From: an uncultured Actinomycetota bacterium
GTDB taxonomy: Bacteria; Actinomycetota; Actinomycetes; Propionibacteriales; Nocardioidaceae
NCBI GenBank assembly: GCA_963798045.1
Contig: CAWCSB010000022.1
Coordinates: forward strand, 169,005 to 233,004
DNA length: 64,000 nucleotides
Direction: 5' to 3'
Both the position numbers and the translations under genes were made by a program. This document shows, one piece after another, positions 32,500 to 42,101 of the stretch (within the stretch, counting starts at the first letter, position 1; each line of letters opens with the position of its first letter). Under the pieces are notes generated by a model, which searched no databases, was not told the origin of the DNA, and saw only the letters and a program-made list of their open reading frames with translations.

Positions 32500-33999
32500 G
32501 TGCAGCGGCTGCGTGTCCTGATCGTCCTCGCCGGCCTGGTCGTGAGCGGCCTCGGGCTGGTCACGCCGTCCGCTGCGGCGTTCCCGACGGGCTCGACAAG
32601 CGGTGGTGCCGCGGATGCCAGGCGTGACGAGCCGCCGCAGCTGCGCCGCGAGGGGCGCTGGCTGGTCGACCCGCAGGGACGGGTCGTGATCGTGCACGGG
32701 CTCAACCTCGTCTACAAGCGCAAGCCCTACGTGCCACCGGACGGGCCGACCGGCTTCACGAAGAAGGACGCCGCCTGGCTGGCCCGGCACGGCTTCAACG
32801 CCGCCCGCGTCGGCACGCTGTGGGCCGGGCTCACGCCCAGCGGCCCCGGCCAGGCCGACCCGGCCTACCTCGACCAGTGGCAGCGGGTGCTCGACCTGCT
32901 GGCCAGGAAGCGGATCTGGATCCAGCTCGACATGCACCAGGACCAGTGGCACGAGGAGTACGGCGGCGAGGGGGTCCCGGACTGGGCCGCGGTGCGACAG
33001 CTGCCGTTCAGCCTCACGCCGCCGGTGGTCGCGCCCTTCCCGACGGGCTACTGGACGCCCGAGGTCTCGGCGATGTTCGACGACTTCTGGGCCAACCGCC
33101 GGGGCCTCCTGGACGGCTGGCTGGCGGCCTGGCAGGTCGCCGCGCAGCGCTGGGAGCACCAGCGGTACCTGATGGGCTACGACCTGCTCAACGAGCCGTG
33201 GATGGGGGTCGAGTGGCCGACCTGCCTGACCTTCGGCTGCTCGGCGTCGTACTCCACCGAGCTGCAGCCGGCCATGGAGGCCGGGCTGAGGGCGGTGCGG
33301 GCGATCGACCCCGACAACATCGTCTGGTGGGAGCCGCAGCAGTTCGCCGGCGGCCAGCCGGTCGACACCTTCTTCACCGCGCCCGGGGACGAGCAGCAGC
33401 TCGGCCTCTCCTGGCACAACTACTGCCCGGCGGTCTTCCTGGAGAGCCTCGGCGTCCCGGGCACCGACGTGCAGAGCTGCCGCGCGTACTCCAACGGCCG
33501 CGAGCAGCACGCGCTCGACCAGTCCGAGCGGATGCACGCCGTGCCGATGATGAGCGAGTGGGGCGCGACCGACAACCTCACCGCGATCAAGATCGACGCC
33601 GCGTCGGCGGACCGGCACCTGATGGGCTGGACGCACTGGGCCTACAAGTTCTGGAACGACCCGACCACCGCGGACGGCGACCAGGGGCTGTTCGCGGACG
33701 ACACGGACCTCTCCTCGGTGAAGCAGGCCAAGGTCCGCGTCCTGGTCCGCACCTACGCGCAGGCCGTCGCGGGAACCCCGCTGGCCATGCGGTTCCGCCC
33801 CGGCAGCGGCCGGTTCTGGTTCCGCTACCGACCCGACCGGTCGGTGACCGCGCCCACGCGGATCTTCGTGAGCCCCCTGCACTACCCGCACGGCTACCGG
33901 GTCATCGCCCGGCACGGCTCCTACCGCCGGGCCGGCCACTACGTGCTGGTCCGGCCGAACTCGACCCGGACCGTCTCGGTGCGCATCGTGCGGCGGTGA
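32500..33999 (+). CDS. Secreted GH5 endoglycoceramidase-like hydrolase
   Basis: LDMHQD, GEGVPDWA, YDLLNEP, MSEWGA, RTYAQAVAGTP C-terminal domain. Confidence 0.88.
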   Translation: MQRLRVLIVLAGLVVSGLGLVTPSAAAFPTGSTSGGAADARRDEPPQLRREGRWLVDPQGRVVIVHGLNLVYKRKPYVPPDGPTGFTKKDAAWLARHGFNAARVGTLWAGLTPSGPGQADPAYLDQWQRVLDLLARKRIWIQLDMHQDQWHEEYGGEGVPDWAAVRQLPFSLTPPVVAPFPTGYWTPEVSAMFDDFWANRRGLLDGWLAAWQVAAQRWEHQRYLMGYDLLNEPWMGVEWPTCLTFGCSASYSTELQPAMEAGLRAVRAIDPDNIVWWEPQQFAGGQPVDTFFTAPGDEQQLGLSWHNYCPAVFLESLGVPGTDVQSCRAYSNGREQHALDQSERMHAVPMMSEWGATDNLTAIKIDAASADRHLMGWTHWAYKFWNDPTTADGDQGLFADDTDLSSVKQAKVRVLVRTYAQAVAGTPLAMRFRPGSGRFWFRYRPDRSVTAPTRIFVSPLHYPHGYRVIARHGSYRRAGHYVLVRPNSTRTVSVRIVRR

Positions 34000-34028
34000 A
34001 TCTCAGCGAATCTCAGCGAATCCTCAGC
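33998..34028 (+). repeat. Short tandem repeat (GAATCTCAGC) x3
   Basis: gaatctcagc gaatctcagc gaatcctcagc. Confidence 0.7.
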
Positions 34029-34035
34029 CGTGGCG

Positions 34036-34061
34036 GGAACGCCCGACCGCGTACCTGCGTT
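34036..34061 (+). promoter_or_regulatory. SigH/SigE/SigR-type ECF promoter
   Basis: GGAAC-N17-CGTT upstream of the BI-1/YccA gene. Confidence 0.65.
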
Positions 34062-34142
34062 CAACCTGACGAGTCCGTAGACTGGGCTCATCGGTGAGTC
34101 GTCACAGCGACAGCCACCACCCCGGCCTCCAAGGAGGAGACC

Positions 34143-35021
34143 ATGCAGAGCAACAACCCCATCTTCCGTCGTTCCGAGGAGTTCAACCGCGGCGGCGCCA
34201 ACATGTACGGCAACCAGACCTACGCCGGCAACGGGGCGCCGCAGGCCGGTTATGGCCAGTCGACCGACCCGTCCCAGTGGGGCGTCGGCACCCCGGGAGA
34301 CACCGGGCGCGCGCCCGCGACGACCGGCCCGATGACCATCGACTCGGTGGTCCAGAAGACCGCGATCGCCCTGGGCCTCGTCATCGTCTCCGCCGCCGTG
34401 ACCTGGATGGTCACCGGCGACATCACCGCCACCGAGGTCCCCAGCTCGCTCGTCCTGGCGCTCACCGTCGGCTCGCTCGGCGCGTTCGCGCTGTCGATGG
34501 TGAACTCGTTCAAGCGCGTGGTCAGCCCGCCGTTGGTCATGGCCTTCTGCGTGGTCGAGGGCGTGGCGATCGGTGCGTTCAGCAAGTTCATCGACGCGGT
34601 GTTCGTCAGTGAGAGCAGCGGCAACCTCGTCGTCCAGGCGGTGATCGGCACCTTCGCGGCCTTCGCCGGCACGCTGGCGGCCTACAAGTTCTTCAACATC
34701 CAGGTCGGCACGAAGTTCCGCAAGTTCGTGATCGGTGCCGTGTTCGGCATGATCGCGCTGAGCCTGATGGAGCTGGTCCTCGGTGCCTTCGGCTCGTCGT
34801 TCGGCCTGTTCGGCTTCGGCGGGCTCGGCATCCTGACCGCTGTCGCCGGCCTGGTGCTGGGTGTGTTCATGCTGATCCTCGACTTCGACTTCGTCGAGCA
34901 GGGCGTCGCCAACCAGATCCCCGAGGTGGAGTCCTGGCGTGCGGCGTTCGCGATGACGGTCAGCCTGGTCTGGATCTACACCAACCTGCTCCGCCTGCTC
35001 GCGATCTTCAGCGACAACTGA
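34143..35021 (+). CDS. Bax inhibitor-1/YccA family membrane protein
   Basis: MQSNNPIF, MTIDSVVQKT, 7 TMs, LVWIYTNLLRLL; GGAGG RBS. Confidence 0.92.
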   Translation: MQSNNPIFRRSEEFNRGGANMYGNQTYAGNGAPQAGYGQSTDPSQWGVGTPGDTGRAPATTGPMTIDSVVQKTAIALGLVIVSAAVTWMVTGDITATEVPSSLVLALTVGSLGAFALSMVNSFKRVVSPPLVMAFCVVEGVAIGAFSKFIDAVFVSESSGNLVVQAVIGTFAAFAGTLAAYKFFNIQVGTKFRKFVIGAVFGMIALSLMELVLGAFGSSFGLFGFGGLGILTAVAGLVLGVFMLILDFDFVEQGVANQIPEVESWRAAFAMTVSLVWIYTNLLRLLAIFSDN

Positions 35022-35058
35022 CAACGAGCAGCTGAGCTCGTCTCACGGGGACCAGCTC

Positions 35059-35093
35059 CGGCGGCCTCGGGACCTCGGGTCCCGGGGCCGTCG
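35059..35093. terminator. GC-rich hairpin between convergent genes
   Basis: cggcggcctcgggacc / ggtcccggggccgtcg stem. Confidence 0.6.
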
Positions 35094-35099
35094 TCATTT

Positions 35100-35166
35100 G
35101 CCATCGAGTGACCCACCTGGCAGGTGGGGAGCGCTCCCAGACCTGCCAATTGGGTCACTCGATGGC
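35100..35166. repeat. 67-bp palindromic (REP/MITE-like) element
   Basis: GCCATCGAGTGACCCA..TGGCAGGT and its inverse ACCTGCCA..TGGGTCACTCGATGGC around the core GGGAGCGCTCCC. Confidence 0.75.
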
Positions 35167-35169
35167 GCC

Positions 35170-35553
35170 TCACTGGCCCTGGACGGCGAGCGGGGCGTCG
35201 AGGTCGGGTACGCCGGCCATGATCTCCTCGCTGGCGGCCACCGCCTCGTCGAACGCCGCGAAGACCTCGGTCGTGGGGCGGTCGGGCGGCACCTCCATGC
35301 TGAAGTCGACGTCGGACCACTGCGGGTCGCCGGCCACGTGGTGCCCGAACCACCATCGTTCGCCGTCAGTGACGTGCTGGACCAGGCCCAGCAGCGAGGT
35401 GCCGGACGGCACCAGCACCCGGCGCAGCTGCTCGTCGTCGAGACCTTCGGTCTTCTTGACCAGGCAATGCCGGGCGAAGCGGAGGAAGGCGAGCGCGGTG
35501 TCCTTCTCACTGGTGTCGACACGGGGGACCTGCTCGCGCTGGGTCTCTGTCAT
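35170..35553 (-). pseudogene. DinB/DUF664 family protein, C-terminally truncated
   Basis: SLLGLVQHVTDGERWWF is present, but the C-terminal HxxxExxRHxGH seen in the paralog at 49877 is missing. Confidence 0.65.
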
Positions 35554-36593
35554 GCCGAGGGGGTACCCGCCCGCTCGTCCTCGGTCTCGATCTCGGCCTC
35601 GCCGGGCGCCTCGCCCTCGGGCTGCGGCTGGCGGCGGCGGTGCCGCAGCTCGACCCAGAGGCCGCGCACGCCGCGGGTCCGACCGGCGACCTCGGTGCCG
35701 TCCAGCTCAGTGCCGGGGATGTCGACGGCCTGCAGCGCCGCGGTCGTGATCGGCAGTACGCCCTCGCCGCGGAACGCCTCGGGAGCCGCCTCGTCGTCAG
35801 GGATCAGGCCGAGCGCGGCGAGCATCGACGGCACCAGCACCGCGGCGAGCGATCGGTAGCCGGCTGCCGAGGGGTGGAACCGGTCCGGGCCGAACAGCAA
35901 TGCCGGGGCGGCCGCGAACTCCGGTCCGAGGACCGAGCCCAGCGAAACGGTCCGGCCGCCACCCTCGAGGACGGCGATGGTCTGGGCCGCGGCCATCCGC
36001 CGCGACCAGGTGCGCGCCACCTGCTTGAGCGGCGGCGGGATCGGCTTGACGGTCCCGAGGTCGGGGCAGGTGCCGACGAGCACCGCCACCTCCGCGTCCC
36101 TGAGCCGCCGCACGGCCTCGGCGAGCGCGCCGACGGAGGCCGCGGGGCGGACCCGATGGGTGACGTCGTTGACGCCGATCAGGATCACGGCGACGTCGGG
36201 CTCGGTCGGCAGCGCCTGGTCGAGCTGGCCCTGGAGGTCGGAGGAGCGGGCTCCGATCTTCGCGAACGCGCGCAGGTAGACCCGCCGGTCGGCGCGCTCC
36301 GCGGCCCCACTCGCGAGCAGCGCGCCGGGAGTCTCCTCGACCCGGTCGACGCCGTACCCGGCGGCGCTCGAGTCGCCGAGCAGCACGATCTTGATCGCCG
36401 GGCCGGGCCGCCCGCGGCCGTACCAGCCGGTCGCGTCGGGCGGCCGCGCGTCCCCGGCCTCGCCGATGGCGCGTCGGGCGAGCTGGGCCTCGGCAGTCAG
36501 GAGGCCGTAGAGAGCGCCCCCGAGCACGGACAGGCCGCCGCCGCCGTAGACAGCAGCGGAGGCGAGCTTGCGTGCTGCGGCGGCCTTTCCCAC
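35550..36593 (-). CDS. SGNH/GDSL hydrolase
   Basis: LGDSSAAG, IGVND, DRFHPS. Confidence 0.92.
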   Translation of the reverse strand: MGKAAAARKLASAAVYGGGGLSVLGGALYGLLTAEAQLARRAIGEAGDARPPDATGWYGRGRPGPAIKIVLLGDSSAAGYGVDRVEETPGALLASGAAERADRRVYLRAFAKIGARSSDLQGQLDQALPTEPDVAVILIGVNDVTHRVRPAASVGALAEAVRRLRDAEVAVLVGTCPDLGTVKPIPPPLKQVARTWSRRMAAAQTIAVLEGGGRTVSLGSVLGPEFAAAPALLFGPDRFHPSAAGYRSLAAVLVPSMLAALGLIPDDEAAPEAFRGEGVLPITTAALQAVDIPGTELDGTEVAGRTRGVRGLWVELRHRRRQPQPEGEAPGEAEIETEDERAGTPSA

Positions 36594-36633
36594 GGATCCA
36601 TGCTACGGACCGGTAGGTCCGTACCCTGTCCGG

Positions 36634-38037
36634 GTGCAGTACGCGAACTCTCTCCTCGACCTGATCGGCAACACCCCGCTGGTCCGGCTCAACCAGACCC
36701 TCGACCTCGCCCCGGCTGAGCCGCAGAGCGGCGACGGACCGATCGTGCTGGCCAAGATCGAGTACCTCAACCCGGGTGGCTCGGTGAAGGATCGCATCGC
36801 CGTCCGCATGATCGACGCCGCCGAGGCGTCCGGCGAGCTCCAGCCCGGCGGCACGATCGTGGAGCCGACGTCCGGCAACACCGGCGTCGGGCTGGCGATG
36901 GTCGCCCAGGCACGCGGCTACAAGTGCGTCTTCGTCTGCCCCGACAAGGTGAGCGAGGACAAGCGCAACGTGCTCAAGGCGTACGGCGCCGAGGTGGTCG
37001 TGTGTCCCACCGCGGTGGCGCCGGAGCACCCAGACTCCTACTACAACGTGTCGGACAAGCTCGCCTCGCAGCCGGGCGCGTGGAAGCCGGACCAGTACTC
37101 CAACCAGCACAACCCGCGCTCGCACTACGAGACCACAGGGCCGGAGATCTGGGCGCAGACCGACGGGAAGATCACCCACTTCGTGACCGGGATGGGGACC
37201 GGCGGCACGATCACCGGCGTCGGCCGCTACCTCAAGGAGCAGAACCCTGACGTGCAGGTGGTCGGCGCCGACCCCGCCGGCTCGGTCTACTCCGGCGGCA
37301 CCGGCCGCCCCTACCTCGTCGAGGGCGTGGGGGAGGACTTCTGGCCCGAGACCTACGACCGCGACATCGCCGACCGGGTCATCGAGGTCTCCGACGGCGA
37401 CTCGTTCGCCTTCACCCGCCGGCTGGCCCGCGAGGAGGCGCTGCTCGTCGGCGGCTCGTCGGGCATGGCGGCGTTCGCGGCGCGGCAGCTGGCCCAGGAG
37501 CTCGCGGCCGAGGGACGGACCGACGCGGTCATCGTCGTACTCCTGCCGGACAGCGGCCGCGGCTACCTGACCAAGGTCTTCAACGACGAGTGGCTCGCGC
37601 AGTACGGCTTCCCGACCGACGCGCAGCGCGACCAGACCCAGACCGTCGGCGAGGTGCTGCGCGGCAAGGACGGCCGGCTGCCCGACCTCGTGCACACCCA
37701 CCCCAACGAGACCATCGCCGAGGCGGTCGCGATCCTGCAGGAGTACGCCGTCTCGCAGATGCCCGTCGTCCGGGCCGAGCCGCCGATCGTGGCTGCCGAG
37801 GTCGCGGGCTCGGTCTCCGACCGCGCGCTCCTCGATGCCCTGTATGCCGGCACCGCCCGGCTCACCGACCGGGTCGAGGACCACATGAGCCCACCGCTGC
37901 CGACCGTCGGCTCGACCGAGGACGCCCGCGACGCGGTGGCCCTGCTCGAGAGCTCCGACGCGGTCCTGGTGCAGGAGGACGGCAAGCCGGTCGGCGTGCT
38001 GACCCGGCAGGACCTGCTGGCGTTCCTGTCGCGCTGA
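36634..38037 (+). CDS. cbs: Cystathionine beta-synthase with CBS domains
   Basis: NPGGSVKDRIA, EPTSGNTG, GTGGTITG, C-terminal CBS pair; leaderless GTG 6 nt after TACCCT. Confidence 0.95.
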   Translation: MQYANSLLDLIGNTPLVRLNQTLDLAPAEPQSGDGPIVLAKIEYLNPGGSVKDRIAVRMIDAAEASGELQPGGTIVEPTSGNTGVGLAMVAQARGYKCVFVCPDKVSEDKRNVLKAYGAEVVVCPTAVAPEHPDSYYNVSDKLASQPGAWKPDQYSNQHNPRSHYETTGPEIWAQTDGKITHFVTGMGTGGTITGVGRYLKEQNPDVQVVGADPAGSVYSGGTGRPYLVEGVGEDFWPETYDRDIADRVIEVSDGDSFAFTRRLAREEALLVGGSSGMAAFAARQLAQELAAEGRTDAVIVVLLPDSGRGYLTKVFNDEWLAQYGFPTDAQRDQTQTVGEVLRGKDGRLPDLVHTHPNETIAEAVAILQEYAVSQMPVVRAEPPIVAAEVAGSVSDRALLDALYAGTARLTDRVEDHMSPPLPTVGSTEDARDAVALLESSDAVLVQEDGKPVGVLTRQDLLAFLSR

Positions 38038-38063
38038 GGTCGTTGCGCAGGTGCCTTCGCTGC

Positions 38064-38146
38064 GGAGGTTTCGAGACAGGCGCTAGCGCGCCTTCCTCAA
38101 CCACCGGTGGTTGAGGAGGTTGCGCAGCAACCGTCTCGAAACCTCC
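38064..38146. repeat. REP-like element, inverted doublet
   Basis: GGTTTCGAGAC...CCTCAACCACCGGTGGTTGAGG...GTCTCGAAACC; single units recur at 44861 and 57603. Confidence 0.85.
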
Positions 38147-38176
38147 CAGGCCTGGGCTGGGACTCCATCAGGCCCC

Positions 38177-38196
38177 TAGAATGAGAACACGTTCTA
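38177..38196 (+). promoter_or_regulatory. -10 box TAGAAT followed by a KstR-like operator GAGAACACGTTCTA
   Basis: Matches TnnAACnnGTTnnA except at the first base; directly upstream of the DUF35/thiolase genes. Confidence 0.65.
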
Positions 38197-38209
38197 GTTC
38201 GGAGGCGGG

Positions 38210-38644
38210 ATGAGCGCGAGTCCAGCGGTCGAGGGGTGGTTCACCACCGGCGACGACCCCACGCTCCTCGGGTCGCGGTGCACCACCTGCGCCACCGTGT
38301 ACTTCCCCCCGGCTCAAGGCTTCTGTCGCAACCCGGCCTGCGACGGCGAGGAGTTCGAGGTCGTCGAGCTGAGCCGCCGCGGCACGGTGTGGAGCTACAC
38401 CGACGCGCAGTACCAGCCCCCGGCGCCGTACGTCCCGCGCACGGACCCCTACCAGCCGTTCGCGCTGGCCGCGGTCGAGCTGGCCGAGGGGATCACCGTG
38501 CTGGGACAGGTGGCCGACGGCTACGGCGTCAAGGACCTCAAGGTCGGCGCCGAGGTCGAGCTGGTGGTCGAGCCGCTGGACGACGAGCTGCTGGTGTGGC
38601 GCTGGAAGCCGGTCACCGAGCTCGGTGAGGAGGCCGACCAGTGA
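38210..38644 (+). CDS. DUF35 Zn-ribbon/OB-fold protein (ChsH2-C-like)
   Basis: CTTC..YFPP..FCRNPAC, GTVWSYT. Confidence 0.9.
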   Translation: MSASPAVEGWFTTGDDPTLLGSRCTTCATVYFPPAQGFCRNPACDGEEFEVVELSRRGTVWSYTDAQYQPPAPYVPRTDPYQPFALAAVELAEGITVLGQVADGYGVKDLKVGAEVELVVEPLDDELLVWRWKPVTELGEEADQ

Positions 38645-39837
38645 GCACCGATGTCGCCGTCCTCGGGGTCGGCATGCACCCCTGGGGCAAGTGGGGGCGC
38701 CCGTTCACCGAGTACGGCGTGGTCGCGGCCCGCGCGGCGCTGGACGACGCCGGCATCGACTGGCAGAGCGTGGACCTCGTGGTCGGCGGCGAGACGGTCC
38801 GCAACGGCTACGCGGGGTACGTCGCGGGCGCGACGTTCGCCCAGGCCCTGGGCTGGAACGGCGCCCGGGTCGCCACGTCGTACGCCGCCTGCGCGACCGG
38901 TGCCCAGGCGCTCGACACCGCCCGGGCCCGGATCCTGGCCGGCCTGTCCGAGGTCGCCCTGGTGGTGGGCGCGGACACCACGCCCAAGGGGTTCCTGGCG
39001 CCCAACGCGGGGGAGCGGTGGGACGACCCGGACTGGCTCCGGTTCCGGCTGCTCGGCATGACCAACCCGGCCTACTTCGCGCTCTACGCACGGCGCCGGA
39101 TGGATCTCTACGGCGCCACGCCCGAGGACTTCGCCGCGGTCAAGGTGAAGAACGCGCGGCACGGGCTCGAGAACACCAACGCCCGCTACCGCAAGGAGGT
39201 CAGCGTCGAGGACGTGCTGACCAGCGCGGTCGTCTCCGACCCGCTGCACCTCCTGGACATCTGCGCGACCTCCGACGGCGCGGCGGCGGTCGTGGTGGCG
39301 AGCACGGAGTACGCGAAGAAGGTCGGCCTCGACCGGCCGGTGCGGGTCAACGCGGTATCGACCGTCACTCCGACGTTTCCCAACACGGTCCTGGACATGC
39401 CGAACATCTCCACCGACAGCAAGGCCGTGCTCGGGGGCGGCGAGCTCGAGCGGACCTTCAAGGAGTCGATCGCGCACGCGGCGTACGAGGAGGCCGGGAT
39501 CTCGCCGGAGGACGTCTCACTGGCAGAGGTCTACGACCTGAGCACCGCCCTAGAGCTGGACTGGATGGAGGACCTCGGCCTGTGCAAGCGCGGAGAGGCC
39601 GAGGCGCTCCTGCGGGCCGGGGAGACCACCATCGGTGGCCGGATCCCGGTGAACCCGTCCGGCGGGCTGGCCTGCTTCGGCGAGGCGGTGCCGGCGCAGG
39701 CGCTGGCCCAGGTGTGCGAGGTCACCTGGCAGCTCCGCGGCCAGGCGGCCGGTCGCCAGATCGAGGGGGCCACGGTCGGCATCACCGCCAACCAGGGACT
39801 CTTCGGCCACGGCTCCTCGGTCCTGTTGAGCCGCTGA
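38641..39837 (+). CDS. SCP-x type thiolase / lipid-transfer protein
   Basis: AACATG, SDGAAA, AEVYD, VNPSGG. Confidence 0.9.
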   Translation: MSTDVAVLGVGMHPWGKWGRPFTEYGVVAARAALDDAGIDWQSVDLVVGGETVRNGYAGYVAGATFAQALGWNGARVATSYAACATGAQALDTARARILAGLSEVALVVGADTTPKGFLAPNAGERWDDPDWLRFRLLGMTNPAYFALYARRRMDLYGATPEDFAAVKVKNARHGLENTNARYRKEVSVEDVLTSAVVSDPLHLLDICATSDGAAAVVVASTEYAKKVGLDRPVRVNAVSTVTPTFPNTVLDMPNISTDSKAVLGGGELERTFKESIAHAAYEEAGISPEDVSLAEVYDLSTALELDWMEDLGLCKRGEAEALLRAGETTIGGRIPVNPSGGLACFGEAVPAQALAQVCEVTWQLRGQAAGRQIEGATVGITANQGLFGHGSSVLLSR

Positions 39838-39838
39838 G

Positions 39839-40135
39839 ATGAGCGAGTTCGTCCTGGTCGACCGACCGGCTGCCGGCGTTGCCGTGGTCACCCTCAACCG
39901 CCCCGAGCGGCTGAACGCGATGGCCTTCGACGTGATGGTGCCGCTGCGCGAGGCGCTCCGCGAGCTCGGCGAGGACAACGCGGTCCGGGCGATCGTGCTC
40001 ACCGGCGCCGGCAAGGCGTTCTGCTCGGGCGCGGACCAGGAGTCCGCCGGTACGCCGCTGCTCACCGACAACTTCGAGGAAGCGACGCAGGCCCGCAAGG
40101 AAGCTCGGCCGGCCGTCTTCCGCGACGACCGTTAG
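39839..40135 (+). pseudogene. Enoyl-CoA hydratase with a large in-frame internal deletion
   Basis: N-terminus TLNRPERLNAM..AFCSGAD joined directly to a C-terminal tail NFEEATQARKEARPAVF; only 98 aa. Confidence 0.8.
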
Positions 40136-40641
40136 AGCACCGGGGCGCTCGACCAGCCCTCGTCGCGGCCGCTCAGCTCGCGGTCCAACGTCTCCTGGGC
40201 GATGCGCATCGACTCGGCGTACACAGGCTCGGAGAGCCGCTGCATCATGACGTCGGGAGGTACGTCCTCGACCTGCTGGGTCACCCACCAGATGTTGCCC
40301 AGCGGGTCGCGGACACGACCACCTCGCTGGCCGAATGCGGAGTCCGACAGCGGCGTGATCACCCGCCCGCCGGCGGCGGCTGCGGTGGCCATGGTCGCCT
40401 CGGCGTCGTCGACCCACACCCGGAGCAGCGCCGGGAGTGGCGGCCAGTCGGGCTGCGCGTCGAAGGCGAGCAGCCAGGTGTCGCCCACCCGCAGCTCCGC
40501 GTGGCCGATGCCGCCGTCCTCGGTCGGCACCCGAGCCAGCTCCTCGGCGCCGAAGACCGAGGTGGCGAAGGCGAGCAGTCGTGCGGTGTCTGTGCTGGCG
40601 ATCCAGGTCTGCACGCGGCTGTTTCCGGGGCTGGTGTCCAT
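40132..40641 (-). CDS. VOC family protein
   Basis: HAELRVGD, FGQRGGRVRDPLGNIWW. Confidence 0.88.
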   Translation of the reverse strand: MDTSPGNSRVQTWIASTDTARLLAFATSVFGAEELARVPTEDGGIGHAELRVGDTWLLAFDAQPDWPPLPALLRVWVDDAEATMATAAAAGGRVITPLSDSAFGQRGGRVRDPLGNIWWVTQQVEDVPPDVMMQRLSEPVYAESMRIAQETLDRELSGRDEGWSSAPVL

Positions 40642-40762
40642 GGCGTGGACGCTGTCACCTGTTGCGGTCAGATGGTGACCGCATTCCCGTTCTCGTGGTG
40701 GCGATGAGTTGGGAGGGTGGATACGGTCGAATGTCCGACCCATCACTCGACGAGGAGACGAC

Positions 40763-41185
40763 ATGGCCATCCTGAACCCCTACCTCACCTTCGACGGCAA
40801 CGCCCGCGACGCGATCGAGTTCTACAAGGACGTGTTCGGCGGCGAGCTCAACGTCATGACCTTCGGCGACATGGGCGCCACCGAGCACGAGGGCGTACCC
40901 CTCGACACCAACGGCGTCATGCACGGCCAGCTCGAGACGACCGAGGGCTTCACGCTGATGGCGTCCGACAACCCGCCGGGCGTGACCGGCGTGACCCCCA
41001 ACGGCCACGTCAGCCTCAGCGGCGGCGAGGGTGAGCTGCTGCACGGCTACTTCGACAAGCTCGCCGATGGCGGCACGGTCGACGTACCGCTCGAGAAGGC
41101 GCCGTGGGGCGACGAGTTCGGCCAGGTCAAGGACAGGTTCGGCGTCAACTGGATGGTCAACATCGCAGGCACGCCGCCCAGCTGA
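40763..41185 (+). CDS. VOC family protein, PhnB-like
   Basis: LNPYLTFDGNARDAIEFY, WGDEFGQVKDRFGVNW; GAGGAG RBS. Confidence 0.92.
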   Translation: MAILNPYLTFDGNARDAIEFYKDVFGGELNVMTFGDMGATEHEGVPLDTNGVMHGQLETTEGFTLMASDNPPGVTGVTPNGHVSLSGGEGELLHGYFDKLADGGTVDVPLEKAPWGDEFGQVKDRFGVNWMVNIAGTPPS

Positions 41186-41187
41186 CG

Positions 41188-41571
41188 TCAGCCGACGTCG
41201 CCGTCCACATAGACCCAGCGCCCGCGGCGGCGCTCGAAGCGGCTGCGCTCGTGCCGCCGGCCCGGGCTGCCGCCGCGGTCGTACGTCGCCTCGAACTCCA
41301 CCTCGCCGGTCTCGTCCCCGGGACCGCCGTCGACCACGTCGAGCACGCTCAGCCCGGTCCACGTGAGCGCCGGGTCCGGCTCGATCGACTCGGGCCGGGT
41401 GCGCGGGTGCCAGGTGCGGAAGACGTGGTCGAGCTCTTCCACGGCGTACGCCGCGTAGCGGGAGCGCATCAGCTCCTCGGCGGTCTCCGCCTCGGCCTCG
41501 CGGCGGTGCAGCCGGCCACAGCACGCGTCGTACCGCTGTCCTGAGCCGCACGGGCAGTCCACCGTCAGCAC
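41188..41571 (-). CDS. YchJ family (SEC-C motif) protein
   Basis: CPCGSG..CC, LMRSRY, ERSRF, WVYVDG. Confidence 0.9.
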   Translation of the reverse strand: MLTVDCPCGSGQRYDACCGRLHRREAEAETAEELMRSRYAAYAVEELDHVFRTWHPRTRPESIEPDPALTWTGLSVLDVVDGGPGDETGEVEFEATYDRGGSPGRRHERSRFERRRGRWVYVDGDVG

Positions 41572-41653
41572 GCTCGCACCGTAGCGGGGTGTACACATCG
41601 CGCGGATGGTCACCGGGTGACGAATGCCTGACCGACGATCGAGAGGAACGACC

Positions 41654-42031
41654 GTGAGCGACCAGAACGCCAACAGCCAGGCCGAGACCCAGGCGGTCCT
41701 GCAGCAGCTGGCCTCGAGCACCGCCCTGCTCCCGCAGGAGATGGCCGAGGACGCTGAGCCGGCCCCGGAGGGCGCGGTGGCGCTGCCGGTGATCGAGCAG
41801 GACGGCACCCAGTACGTCCCGGTCTTCACGTCCCGGGAGGCGCTCACGACCGCGGGCGCGGACCCCGAGAAGGCCCTCGAGGTGCCGATCGCCCAGCTGG
41901 CCGCCGGCTGGCCCGAAGGCGACCTGTGGCTGGCCGTCGACCCGGCCAGCGCCCACGGGCTGACGCTGCCGCCTGACCTGGTGCGCGCACTGCCCGGCCT
42001 GGTGGGCGCCGGGCCCAACGGGATGGCGTAG
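41654..42031 (+). CDS. SseB family protein
   Basis: YVPVFTS motif; GAGAGGA RBS. Confidence 0.75.
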   Translation: MSDQNANSQAETQAVLQQLASSTALLPQEMAEDAEPAPEGAVALPVIEQDGTQYVPVFTSREALTTAGADPEKALEVPIAQLAAGWPEGDLWLAVDPASAHGLTLPPDLVRALPGLVGAGPNGMA

Positions 42032-42101
42032 CCCGCCCCCGTCCACGGGCCCAGAACCGGAGACGCCGTCCAGTTGTTGTGGCGCTGGGTAGCGTGGAGG
42101 C

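Noticed and set aside
27145-34000. Integrative island at tRNA-Leu
   Set aside because: Accessory genes follow the tRNA, but I found no integrase and no repeat of the tRNA 3' end.
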